DNA of 63,216 bases, filler included, from Stramenopiles sp. TOSAG23-6 (lineage: Eukaryota), in assembly GCA_900128565.1 (NCBI GenBank). It is 16 parts of 16 records of this genome, joined end to end, with 100 filler letters (N's around TTAATTAATTAA, not from the genome) between each part and the next. Parts side by side here need not be neighbours in the genome. Positions count along the whole stretch, not along the records: positions 1 to 3,879 come from LT637339.1; positions 3,980 to 7,854 come from LT637340.1; positions 7,955 to 11,829 come from LT637341.1; positions 11,930 to 15,798 come from LT637342.1; 12 more parts are not named here. The stretch is one strand, 5' to 3'. The notes under the pieces are model-generated. The model was given only the letters and a program-made list of their open reading frames with translations, was not told the DNA's origin and did no database searches. Both the position numbers and the translations under genes were made by a program. This document shows positions 1 through 11,994 of the stretch, piece by piece (position 1 is the first letter of the stretch; each line of letters opens with the position of its first letter).

Positions 1-65
1 GAATTTATTTTTTTATAAAAATTTTGTACCTAACGATTTTTTTTTAAATATTTTTCAAAATACAT
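1..65 (+). other. 3' part of non-canonical intron with AT acceptor (actin gene)
   Basis: TTTTGTACCTAAC motif, then TTTTC-AAAATACAT directly before the conserved actin C-terminus; no AG between the motif and the exon. Confidence 0.85.
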
Positions 66-107
66 GATGAAGCTGGTCCCGCAATTGTACACCGCAAGTG
101 TTTTTAA
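66..107 (+). CDS. ACT: Actin, terminal exon (partial)
   Basis: Translates DEAGPAIVHRKCF*, matching the actin C-terminus DESGPSIVHRKCF; not in the ORF track. Confidence 0.9.
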   Translation, partial: DEAGPAIVHRKCF

Positions 108-375
108 ACTGCTATTCAAATTTTGTGTTTTGTGTCTCTGTAGTATGTAAGAAGACACGAGAAGAGAGCTCATCGAATACTTTCACGCAGTGATTGTAGA
201 CTGGTTTGTAGAACTTTTCTTATAACAAAAAAAAATGGGAAAAAGAAAAAAAAATGGAGAGTAATTCTCTTAGGATATAATAAACAGTATGAGGTCCGCC
301 AAAAAATGTATTGTTGTGATATTTATTTATTGTTTATTTTGATGATTTCAGTATATTTTCATCTATTATTTTTTT

Positions 376-1619
376 TCATTGTTTTAGTGGAGTGTTTTTG
401 AATCCTTGTCCGTTCACGTCTTCACCTGAGACTAAAAAACTTTGTTTATGATATAGTTGACCAGTTGCCCAATGCTGGTGAAGTTTTCCTACAGGTTTTT
501 TGTAATTAGCAGGTAAGTATCTGAGTATAATTATTCTACGCCAATTTTTAGTCGATGAATTTTTAGCAGAGCAATGTGGCGTTGCAGGGTGGTGCATTGC
601 AGCATCTCCAGCACGTAAATTATATTGCTCTACGTCTCTATTCCACCACTCATCATCCTCGATTTGGTATTTTTGTTTTGTGTAGTTTCGTGTTTGACAC
701 TTTGTAACTTTTTCTATTTCAAGCGAATTCAAACCATCTTTTTTTTCATTTTTAGCTTGTTTATGATAATACGAAAAATCTATCTCACTCATTTTTACTG
801 GCGGTTTGTCTATAAGGTTTGATAGAGACTGTTGATTTTCCTTGAATTGGGCCATTCCAGAAAAATAATTGTGCCTTTTTGACCTCTCAATAAACCTTGT
901 CCGAAGATGTCCACGGCGATGCCAGCCAGGTTTTACTTTTAACCCCCCATTTTCTGCATCAATGTCATCTAAACAAATCCATATTGTTCGCAAAATTTGA
1001 CCGTCTTGATGCCAAGGCACAATACCACCACCTTTCCCATTTTTATGACATATTGGTGGTTTGATGAGGACTTGAGCGGAGTTGAAGACGTAGTTATCAC
1101 CCAAATGGCGGTTTATGACGCGAAGTAAAGCAGGCTCTGAAGCAAGTTTCCACATCCAATTGCAGCTATCCGGCAACACTTGATGAAGATTCATAATCCA
1201 TGCTTTTNNNNNNNNNNNNNNNNNNNNNNNTTCATAATCCATGGTTCTTGTACACAAGGATGGAGATTTTCATATACATGTTGTACTTGTTCTTGCAAGA
1301 ACGTTAGGGCTTTTGGCCGAAGAAAGTTTCTAAGGAAACAGTATCCGTTCTTCTCAAAGAAAGCATGAGTTGCATCATCATACAAGTATTCTGAGTTCAC
1401 AAAAGGTGAAGTGTACATTACAGAACCGTGAGCTAAATCAGGAGCTCGTTTATAATTTATTGTTGCATCTATAGAGTTATTCGACGAGGAGATCCCAACG
1501 ACGTTGCCGTCGTCGTCCATTTTAACAGACGTTGATCCAACATTTTCTCCTCGTATTAGCTGGCGAAGCACGTCGCCCTTTGAACCAGCTGGTATCACCC
1601 ATCCATGAGACATAGACAT
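376..1619 (-). CDS. Phytanoyl-CoA dioxygenase (PhyH)-family 2OG-Fe(II) oxygenase, split by scaffold gap at 1208-1230
   Basis: FFEKNGYCFLRNFL, PWHQDG, IWICLDD, NGGL and H..PHCS..N..RR motifs; sequence either side of the gap overlaps (WIM). Confidence 0.85.
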
Positions 1620-1833
1620 ACCCACAATAAAACAACTTAAAAAAGTCTTTCAATAAAGTGCTTTAATTAGTAGTGTAATTACTATAATAAACGATCCAAG
1701 TATATTGTACCCCTCTACTATAGCTAGCAGGGCTGACAGTACCGAGTCAGTTGACCGACTCTATTCTGGGATATATTAGCCTTTAGNNNNNNNAAATTTC
1801 GTACAAAAAATACCTATATTCTATGATGAACAA

Positions 1834-2818
1834 TTACTTCTGCAAATCTTTCCAATAGGAAGTAATGGCTGTAAATGCCATCATCATAATTCCACCACCA
1901 GGTGCAAGTCTCATAACTTTTGCTCTATATCCTTTCCATAAGGCACCTACTCCTTCATTTCGCACAATATAAAGTATTGCCGATAGAGTGAATCTATATT
2001 TTGACGAAGCATGTGTTGTGAAATTTTTGGTGTAAAAAAATGTAAAAAAATCGTTAGGTACAAAATTTGGTACAAAAAAAATTAAAAATGAAAACGTACA
2101 TATTCTCTTAGTGTCACGTTTCTCTGTCTTGAACAAACAACATCAAACGGTGTATTTAATGTTGTTGCAGCAATAGATGCTATAAAACCGGCGACACAAT
2201 TTTGAGCCATTTCCATTTTCTTATTATCAGTTGTTTCAATCGAAAAGTTGTCGAAAAATATGTACTTGCCCAAATTCCATTTCGCAGTATTGCACATGGT
2301 GCACCAATCATAAATGCTGAGATGCCTTCATTTTTAAAAACACTAGTAAATGCATGAAAAGTATTTTTATATTCGTTTCTTAGAAACTTTTTTGACTGAA
2401 GTCGAACTTTTACAAGTTCTGCCGGAGCAACAGTGATAGCTTCTACACAACCAGCAAGAAACCCCGAGAGTGAAACTAGCTTCATAGTAGGTATATTTTC
2501 ACCAATAAGAGATTTCTTCAATTCTTCATTAACAGTAAACTTTGCAGCACGCTTTAGGGGCTCGACAAAGAGTGGTGGGGCTATACCACGGTAGAGTCTC
2601 CCAATTCCTTCTTTCTTTTGTATTTCAACTAATGTGCTTATAACACCGAGGTTTGAATTACCCACAGCTGTGCTTCTACTGTTTTGGATCTGCATTCTAG
2701 TTTTAACAACATCTAACGGGTATAATGTCAAAAGTTCAATTGCACCAGCAGTGGCACCTGCAAAAACATTTACATGGAATGGTACCACAGTTGAGATTTG
2801 TTTATTCGATTTGTCCAT
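1834..2818 (-). CDS. Mitochondrial carrier, oxodicarboxylate carrier (SLC25A21/ODC)-like; one intron and one apparent frameshift
   Basis: Three PxDxxKxR-type repeats (YPLDVVKTR, PAELVKVR, PFDVVCSR), PPLFVEPLKRAAKF, RLAPGGGIM. Confidence 0.85.
2011..2099 (-). other. GT-AT intron (89 nt)
   Basis: TAT|GTACGT...TTTGTACCTAAC...TTTC-ACAACACAT|GCT; removal gives LREY-ASSKYRF; nearest AG is out of frame and would delete the conserved KY. Confidence 0.85.
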
Positions 2819-3302
2819 TGTAGTCCTTCTGAACTTGTTAAATACAAGGATGCTCACAATACTCTATATAATTCATAAGTATATAAAATAACGATATAGC
2901 TATTTTTGTAGTTCTACACTTGGAGATCTCCTTTGAATCAAGGTCTACTTGCATTTATTAAAAGCTTGAGTTGAGCGCGACCGAAACAAAAAAGAATCCG
3001 TTTCAAATAGTATATCAGGAATCCAGCCAACCATATCTTTTTTAGTCATCATTGGATACGTTAGGATATCTTCTTAGCAGGATACAGTCAACTTAATTGG
3101 AAACGAACAAGCTGAGGAGTAGAAGGCATTTCTTGCTTAGTTTCATCTATATTATCTTGTTTATTAATGGAACCTTAATAACATAAATCAAATTTGATAT
3201 TATATATAAACATGTACTGATTATATATTTACTACAACCCATAAACGAAATATATAAATTACCGACCACCAATACAGTTCAATTACTTCAAAGTATTGAA
3301 AA

Positions 3303-3879
3303 ATGACTTCAAAACAAAAAATACCAGTTGAACTAAACTTTCAATTATTAGGTAATGTTACCCTTCAAATCCAAACTCCAGATGCACTAGACCCGTTTTT
3401 TTCAGGTAGCTTTACTCAGAGGCAGTTGGATAATATTTTCAACAAGCTGAACACCGCCGTGAAAGAAGCAAATGCGGCTCATTCTCAACCGGTTCTAATA
3501 TTTTTGTCGTCATGTATTCCAATAGGAGTTCTTTTAATTCTAAGTTGGCTTCTTATTTTAGCATTATCCGGGGATAGTAAAATGGGAGGTTCAAACATNN
3601 NNNNNNNNNNNNNNNNNNNNNNNNGCTCTGGGATTTTTGTTGAGTATCGTTGGTTGCGTCTCGTGTTTCCGCCTCCAAACGAAAACTTTTTCCAATGTTC
3701 TCTCAGTTTTAGAAAAGGTTTGTAAAGAGAGAATTAATCCTTCATTGGCTAAAGGCTTCTTTTTCAATGTAAGCCGTACACGATATGGAAAGGTATTTTC
3801 CCTTGAAATCACTAAACCGAGTATAAATCCTATCGCAGTGCCTGTAGCAACACTCAAGGACTTTAACGGTACCGCATTG
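3303..3879 (+). CDS. Hypothetical membrane protein (gap inside, 3' truncated)
   Basis: ORF with hydrophobic segments either side of the N gap at about 3599-3624. Confidence 0.5.
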
Positions 3880-3979
3880 NNNNNNNNNNNNNNNNNNNNN
3901 NNNNNNNNNNNNNNNNNNNNNNNTTAATTAATTAANNNNNNNNNNNNNNNNNNNNNNNNNNNNNNNNNNNNNNNNNNNN
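3880..3979. other. Artificial contig linker N44-TTAATTAATTAA-N44 (first of 15)
   Basis: Identical 100-nt linkers start at 3880, 7855, 11830, 15799, 19766, 23727, 27687, 31643, 35597, 39546, 43495, 47444, 51391, 55334 and 59276; contig lengths fall from 3879 to 3841. Confidence 0.98.
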
Positions 3980-4203
3980 AAAAAGTGAAAATTCTGAATT
4001 TGGCATAAAAAACAGGGTCTGTGCCCCGCTGTGCTGAAAATTCGATTCGATTTTTTGGGATTTCGATTTCGATTTTTTTTGCATTTTTTTTGGACGTTTT
4101 TGGAAAATGTTTTCGACCACGAATTGAATTCAATTTTAGCTAATATTTATCCAAAGCCTCGTTTATTTATTATAGTAGGTCCTACTAGTAGTTAGTAAAA
4201 AAA

Positions 4204-4839
4204 ATGTTGAATGATACTAATACAAAGAGTGCAGCTCATCTTTTTAGAGCATTGGCAACTGAACTACCAAAAATTAATAAGAAGCATTATTGGAAGATCT
4301 GTGGCAAAACATTTATGGATAATAGACCTGGTATAAAATTCCGGAAGCTATTTAGAAAAAAATTTACGGAGAAGGAGTTCTCCAAATTAAATTTAGCAGC
4401 AAAATTCTACACAAATAAAAAATGGAATATTCCTTTTACAAAATTGAGAAATGTTGCTCAATTAAATGGAGATAACGGTGGTCCATTCGATATTATGATT
4501 GGTACTTTTATAGAGGCTTATGATTTAGGTTGTAAAAAAAAAGATCTTTATCAGCTTCTTGTCATTGAAGAAGAGGAACCAGTCGTTGTTGAACAAAAAC
4601 ACAATAATATTGAAGAAGAACATCCAAACGAAATAGTACCCCCGTTAATAGATGAAGTTTCACTTAGTCATTCCAATATAATACATTCAAACAAGCGTTG
4701 TGAAGAGTCAGCACAGGTTATAAAAAGAAAGCGTCAAGAGCAGGATCATTTTGCATATTATGCAGAATTGAAAGACTTAAAAGAGACTTTCGACAGTGAT
4801 AGAAAACGCTTGAGACTGAAATATAACATAATCATATAA
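4204..4839 (+). CDS. Hypothetical protein (211 aa)
   Basis: Intact ATG-TAA ORF; no family recognised. Confidence 0.6.
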   Translation: MLNDTNTKSAAHLFRALATELPKINKKHYWKICGKTFMDNRPGIKFRKLFRKKFTEKEFSKLNLAAKFYTNKKWNIPFTKLRNVAQLNGDNGGPFDIMIGTFIEAYDLGCKKKDLYQLLVIEEEEPVVVEQKHNNIEEEHPNEIVPPLIDEVSLSHSNIIHSNKRCEESAQVIKRKRQEQDHFAYYAELKDLKETFDSDRKRLRLKYNIII

Positions 4840-5330
4840 ATAATACATAGTACTGAAAATAAATCTAAAGTTTAAAAACAATTTATTGTTCTTCACACAA
4901 AACAAAAAGCTAATTTCAACTAATTAAACTTTTTATACATATCAGATTTGGAATGTTTCAGTTATTTTTTTTTTACTAAAAAACGTTCATACATCTTACT
5001 CAAACACTTTTGTTGACATGGTGTTGTCCTTTGTAGCAGCTACATTATGCGTGAATTCAAAAATGATAATGCGTTGAAAGAAAACTTTGGTAAGAAATTT
5101 CGAAAATAAAAAAAAAGTTTGTTCAAAAACTTGGTAAGAAATTTCGAAAATAAAAAAGTGTTTTTTTTAATCAAAAATAGTACGTATATAGATAAATGTT
5201 CAACTCTAATCGCTTTTTATTCAAAAACACTTACAATGTTCAACTCTACACTTCGACTACTATAATTATTCAAAAACGAAGGAATACTGTTCATATCTAA
5301 TCCTACACAGTTGTATAAAACTATAGACTC

Positions 5331-5999
5331 TCACATTTGTGCAGAGAAATATTCAACTAATCTACTTTTTGTTGTATACATTGGGCTTTGTAACACCCGT
5401 ATGAGATGAAGGATTTTTGCATATGCAATTACAGCAAAAATATTACGTACTATGTAACTGATATGAAACCAAAGTGTTGACCAAGTTTGGGCTTGTTCAT
5501 TGCCATTTGGATGAACACCAGCACCAGAAATATGAGTAAGATAGATACGAAGTGTAGCATGGCCTACTGCAGTTATTGTATACAACATCACAGTAATCAA
5601 AGATATTTTTTCATTTTTCGCTATGACACTTGTCAATCCAATAGTATATGCAAAAGTACCAAACACCAAGTAACATATAGTACCCCAAATACTAAAAATT
5701 ACAAAAATTTGAGCTATGCCAATATAGATTGGCCCGGGTATATTATCAACTTCACCGTAAGCGTTTATCATGATATCACAAAAAAGTAAAAAATACGATA
5801 ACACATAAGGATTGAACAACCAATGAGAGGATGGATTGATATAGTCCCACTCTTCTTTTGAAGGAGGATGATTCTGACTTTCATTTATACCGTCTAAATG
5901 ATGACTTTTGGAGTACGGACTCCTACGTCTGAAAGACTCTTCAATTTCTTCCCCTGAGTCACTAAGTAAGTGTTCTGTCTGCTCAATATCATTCTTCAT
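5331..5999 (-). CDS. TMEM138: TMEM138-like ciliary membrane protein
   Basis: Multi-TM pattern LLFCDIMINAY...GTFAYTIGL...RNIFAVIAY...LQSPMY resembles TMEM138; start at MKND is inferred (ORF is open to 6236). Confidence 0.65.
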   Translation of the reverse strand: MKNDIEQTEHLLSDSGEEIEESFRRRSPYSKSHHLDGINESQNHPPSKEEWDYINPSSHWLFNPYVLSYFLLFCDIMINAYGEVDNIPGPIYIGIAQIFVIFSIWGTICYLVFGTFAYTIGLTSVIAKNEKISLITVMLYTITAVGHATLRIYLTHISGAGVHPNGNEQAQTWSTLWFHISYIVRNIFAVIAYAKILHLIRVLQSPMYTTKSRLVEYFSAQM

Positions 6000-6450
6000 T
6001 GCAGATGATAGTTTATAAGCACACTGTTCTATCGTGTTGATCAGGAAGTGATATAGTGCCGTAAGAGAGAAGTTAAGGGTATGATATAAGTATAAAGCAT
6101 AAATTAAAGTAACTGCCCAACTTGAACAACACGAAAACACGAAAAAAAACGAAAAAAGATCGACGTTGTTTCTGTCAAAAACGAAAGTAGCAAAATCGCT
6201 TTCGATCATCGATACCCTTTGTTCGTCTGTGGCCATTAATTAATATGCAAAGTAAAAGAAATGTTTGTATTGAGATAAAGTTAATAAAACATATTTAGAA
6301 AATATCTGACGTCATATTTACTTTATAATTCATATGAAATTGACTTGAGATTGAGAAGGTATCCCTAGATATCAATTATTGAGATATAGGAAATATTATA
6401 CGAACTCAAAAAAAAAAAAGAGTACAGACATCGGATTAGATTAAACAAAA

Positions 6451-7254
6451 ATGACTCTCTGTAAAAAAATAGGCTTATGCGTATTGCGTGTCATTGCATT
6501 CATAGTGCTCCTAATTTCAATTAGTCTTATTGGGCTTCACTTCGTAGATCATGACTTCACTTATACCCAAGAAAATAGAGATTGTCCAGACAAACAATAT
6601 CTAGAAGAACGTGGAGGCTTCAAAAGACTTGATATCGTTCGCGGTGACGGTGGTAACATCCTCAATCTAACAAATATTCCATCCTCCTTTTTGGACATTA
6701 CAGTGGTAGTTTCGTGGAATCTACCTATTTGGATTGGTATTGTTGCAAAAAATGTAGATGACAGTAACCCCTATGGTCCAGACATATTGAATAATCCTGG
6801 AAAGCCTAAGGGCGTTCATTTTACTGCAGGCGGTCCTACAAGTTTAAAAACACGTAGTTACACCTGGAAACAGGTGAAAGCTGCAGTGTATGTATTCTAT
6901 ATGGGTGCAAATAAGGGCTATGGGTGCAATTATAAAACCCCATTAGACATCCACGTGCTGGTTAATGTGCGTCTATGAACTTGTGGTTTAGCACTCTTAG
7001 CATCAGTATCCTTAATTTGTATTCTGTTTATTGCATACCCATATTATTCTAAATGTCTAAAGAAATCCAGTCAGGCAGAGTCAAGTGAGAATTATTCAAC
7101 AAAATCAAGTGAGAATTACAGAAAGTCAAGTGAGAAATATTCTACGATCTCAAGTGTTCCCTTGAATACAAATAATCCTCCGATGGAAGCGATCCCTTTG
7201 ACGAAAGCAAAGACACAGGAGTGGTCAAAGGAGGATGCATCAATAAATGTGTGA
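6451..7254 (+). CDS. Two-TM membrane protein with in-frame TGA at 6976-6978
   Basis: N-terminal TM; frame stays open 91 codons after the TGA and encodes a second TM (TCGLALLASVSLICILFIAYPYY). Confidence 0.55.
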
Positions 7255-7954
7255 GCAAAAACGAGTTTGAAATATGATCTGAATTAGATACACCAACTTG
7301 CTTTGTGGCAATACATTAAAAAACAAGTCATAGCATCAACAACAATAAAAGATTCTTCAAGATACATTTTTGTTTTGTCATCCTGGTACTCACTCTCTTG
7401 GCATAATTTCAAAAGGTTTTATTATTTTTTTTCAATAGTTTTAACTTGTCATTTTATCATATAAGTTAAGTTAAGCAAGTATTACGTTGCATCTATTAGC
7501 TCCATTTCTTCATCAATTTCTTCAAGTTCTGTTTCAATAATCAAGTCAATTATTTCTTTTTACACTTGAGAATGAGAAATTGAAATTTTCATTATGGACA
7601 AACACCATACATTCATTTATTTTTGTCACTAGAAACACCAGCTACTCACACTCACACTGTTTTTTTATTTTATTTTTCCCTTTATTTTTTTTTATATTTT
7701 TTTATTTTGTATTATGTGTGGAAAAACACCATACATTCATTTATTATGTCCTTTGGAGCTTCTTCCGTTGTTGCTGTGATTCCCTACGTCCTCTTCCTCC
7801 CCACCAACTCTTTATTTTTTTTATTTTTCCCTCTTTTTTTATTTTTATTTTTTANNNNNNNNNNNNNNNNNNNNNNNNNNNNNNNNNNNNNNNNNNNNTT
7901 AATTAATTAANNNNNNNNNNNNNNNNNNNNNNNNNNNNNNNNNNNNNNNNNNNN

Positions 7955-10900
7955 AAAAAGTGAAAATTCTGAATTTGGCATAAAAAACAGGGTCTGTGCC
8001 CCGCTGTGCTGAAAATTCGATTCGATTTTTTGGGATTTCGATTTCGATTTTTTTTGCATTTTTTTTGGACGTTTTTGGAAAATGTTTTCGACCACGAATT
8101 GAATTCAATTTTAGCTAATATTTATCCAAAGCCTCGTTTATTTATTATAGTAGGTCCTACTAGTAGTTAGTAAAAAAAATGTTGAATGATACTAATACAA
8201 AGAGTGCAGCTCATCTTTTTAGAGCATTGGCAACTGAACTACCAAAAATTAATAAGAAGCATTATTGGAAGATCTGTGGCAAAACATTTATGGATAATAG
8301 ACCTGGTATAAAATTCCGGAAGCTATTTAGAAAAAAATTTACGGAGAAGGAGTTCTCCAAATTAAATTTAGCAGCAAAATTCTACACAAATAAAAAATGG
8401 AATATTCCTTTTACAAAATTGAGAAATGTTGCTCAATTAAATGGAGATAACGGTGGTCCATTCGATATTATGATTGGTACTTTTATAGAGGCTTATGATT
8501 TAGGTTGTAAAAAAAAAGATCTTTATCAGCTTCTTGTCATTGAAGAAGAGGAACCAGTCGTTGTTGAACAAAAACACAATAATATTGAAGAAGAACATCC
8601 AAACGAAATAGTACCCCCGTTAATAGATGAAGTTTCACTTAGTCATTCCAATATAATACATTCAAACAAGCGTTGTGAAGAGTCAGCACAGGTTATAAAA
8701 AGAAAGCGTCAAGAGCAGGATCATTTTGCATATTATGCAGAATTGAAAGACTTAAAAGAGACTTTCGACAGTGATAGAAAACGCTTGAGACTGAAATATA
8801 ACATAATCATATAAATAATACATAGTACTGAAAATAAATCTAAAGTTTAAAAACAATTTATTGTTCTTCACACAAAACAAAAAGCTAATTTCAACTAATT
8901 AAACTTTTTATACATATCAGATTTGGAATGTTTCAGTTATTTTTTTTTTACTAAAAAACGTTCATACATCTTACTCAAACACTTTTGTTGACATGGTGTT
9001 GTCCTTTGTAGCAGCTACATTATGCGTGAATTCAAAAATGATAATGCGTTGAAAGAAAACTTTGGTAAGAAATTTCGAAAATAAAAAAAAAGTTTGTTCA
9101 AAAACTTGGTAAGAAATTTCGAAAATAAAAAAGTGTTTTTTTTAATCAAAAATAGTACGTATATAGATAAATGTTCAACTCTAATCGCTTTTTATTCAAA
9201 AACACTTACAATGTTCAACTCTACACTTCGACTACTATAATTATTCAAAAACGAAGGAATACTGTTCATATCTAATCCTACACAGTTGTATAAAACTATA
9301 GACTCTCACATTTGTGCAGAGAAATATTCAACTAATCTACTTTTTGTTGTATACATTGGGCTTTGTAACACCCGTATGAGATGAAGGATTTTTGCATATG
9401 CAATTACAGCAAAAATATTACGTACTATGTAACTGATATGAAACCAAAGTGTTGACCAAGTTTGGGCTTGTTCATTGCCATTTGGATGAACACCAGCACC
9501 AGAAATATGAGTAAGATAGATACGAAGTGTAGCATGGCCTACTGCAGTTATTGTATACAACATCACAGTAATCAAAGATATTTTTTCATTTTTCGCTATG
9601 ACACTTGTCAATCCAATAGTATATGCAAAAGTACCAAACACCAAGTAACATATAGTACCCCAAATACTAAAAATTACAAAAATTTGAGCTATGCCAATAT
9701 AGATTGGCCCGGGTATATTATCAACTTCACCGTAAGCGTTTATCATGATATCACAAAAAAGTAAAAAATACGATAACACATAAGGATTGAACAACCAATG
9801 AGAGGATGGATTGATATAGTCCCACTCTTCTTTTGAAGGAGGATGATTCTGACTTTCATTTATACCGTCTAAATGATGACTTTTGGAGTACGGACTCCTA
9901 CGTCTGAAAGACTCTTCAATTTCTTCCCCTGAGTCACTAAGTAAGTGTTCTGTCTGCTCAATATCATTCTTCATTGCAGATGATAGTTTATAAGCACACT
10001 GTTCTATCGTGTTGATCAGGAAGTGATATAGTGCCGTAAGAGAGAAGTTAAGGGTATGATATAAGTATAAAGCATAAATTAAAGTAACTGCCCAACTTGA
10101 ACAACACGAAAACACGAAAAAAAACGAAAAAAGATCGACGTTGTTTCTGTCAAAAACGAAAGTAGCAAAATCGCTTTCGATCATCGATACCCTTTGTTCG
10201 TCTGTGGCCATTAATTAATATGCAAAGTAAAAGAAATGTTTGTATTGAGATAAAGTTAATAAAACATATTTAGAAAATATCTGACGTCATATTTACTTTA
10301 TAATTCATATGAAATTGACTTGAGATTGAGAAGGTATCCCTAGATATCAATTATTGAGATATAGGAAATATTATACGAACTCAAAAAAAAAAAAGAGTAC
10401 AGACATCGGATTAGATTAAACAAAAATGACTCTCTGTAAAAAAATAGGCTTATGCGTATTGCGTGTCATTGCATTCATAGTGCTCCTAATTTCAATTAGT
10501 CTTATTGGGCTTCACTTCGTAGATCATGACTTCACTTATACCCAAGAAAATAGAGATTGTCCAGACAAACAATATCTAGAAGAACGTGGAGGCTTCAAAA
10601 GACTTGATATCGTTCGCGGTGACGGTGGTAACATCCTCAATCTAACAAATATTCCATCCTCCTTTTTGGACATTACAGTGGTAGTTTCGTGGAATCTACC
10701 TATTTGGATTGGTATTGTTGCAAAAAATGTAGATGACAGTAACCCCTATGGTCCAGACATATTGAATAATCCTGGAAAGCCTAAGGGCGTTCATTTTACT
10801 GCAGGCGGTCCTACAAGTTTAAAAACACGTAGTTACACCTGGAAACAGGTGAAAGCTGCAGTGTATGTATTCTATATGGGTGCAAATAAGGGCTATGGGT

Positions 10901-11829
10901 GCAATTATAAAACCCCATTAGACATCCACGTGCTGGTTAATGTGCGTCTATGAACTTGTGGTTTAGCACTCTTAGCATCAGTATCCTTAATTTGTATTCT
11001 GTTTATTGCATACCCATATTATTCTAAATGTCTAAAGAAATCCAGTCAGGCAGAGTCAAGTGAGAATTATTCAACAAAATCAAGTGAGAATTACAGAAAG
11101 TCAAGTGAGAAATATTCTACGATCTCAAGTGTTCCCTTGAATACAAATAATCCTCCGATGGAAGCGATCCCTTTGACGAAAGCAAAGACACAGGAGTGGT
11201 CAAAGGAGGATGCATCAATAAATGTGTGAGCAAAAACGAGTTTGAAATATGATCTGAATTAGATACACCAACTTGCTTTGTGGCAATACATTAAAAAACA
11301 AGTCATAGCATCAACAACAATAAAAGATTCTTCAAGATACATTTTTGTTTTGTCATCCTGGTACTCACTCTCTTGGCATAATTTCAAAAGGTTTTATTAT
11401 TTTTTTTCAATAGTTTTAACTTGTCATTTTATCATATAAGTTAAGTTAAGCAAGTATTACGTTGCATCTATTAGCTCCATTTCTTCATCAATTTCTTCAA
11501 GTTCTGTTTCAATAATCAAGTCAATTATTTCTTTTTACACTTGAGAATGAGAAATTGAAATTTTCATTATGGACAAACACCATACATTCATTTATTTTTG
11601 TCACTAGAAACACCAGCTACTCACACTCACACTGTTTTTTTATTTTATTTTTCCCTTTATTTTTTTTTATATTTTTTTATTTTGTATTATGTGTGGAAAA
11701 ACACCATACATTCATTTATTATGTCCTTTGGAGCTTCTTCCGTTGTTGCTGTGATTCCCTACGTCCTCTTCCTCCCCACCAACTCTTTATTTTTTTTATT
11801 TTTCCCTCTTTTTTTATTTTTATTTTTTA
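7955..11829. repeat. Redundant copy of contig 3980-7854 (genes repeated at 8179-8814 +, 9306-9974 -, 10426-11229 +)
   Basis: Same length (3875), same ends, identical ORF translations at offset 3975. Confidence 0.97.
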
Positions 11830-11994
11830 NNNNNNNNNNNNNNNNNNNNNNNNNNNNNNNNNNNNNNNNNNNNTTAATTAATTAANNNNNNNNNNNNNNN
11901 NNNNNNNNNNNNNNNNNNNNNNNNNNNNNAAATTTGTTAGGTACAAAATTTCGTACGAAAAAAAAATCGAATTTGAAAAAAAATTAAAACATAC

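Noticed and set aside
2011-2101. Reading the introns as U12-type AT-AC by shifting both junctions 2 nt
   Set aside because: Works only where the exon ends in AT and the acceptor is ACAT. It fails for 12301-12408, 12541-12625, 12775-12878, 21179-21270, 25931-26042 and 57997-58178, and the U12 donor ATATCCTT is absent.
3924-3935. Regularly spaced TTAATTAATTAA palindrome every ~3.95 kb
   Set aside because: Artificial stop-codon spacer inside N runs; the spacing reflects length-sorted contigs.
6976-6978. Alternative genetic code (TGA=Trp or TAA=Gln)
   Set aside because: TGA and TAA both end conserved genes at expected positions (RIO2; actin, MCM3); only isolated in-frame stops were seen.
3980-11829. 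Apparent tandem duplication of a 3.9-kb segment
   Set aside because: Copies are separate contigs with identical ends separated by an artificial linker; redundancy in the bin.
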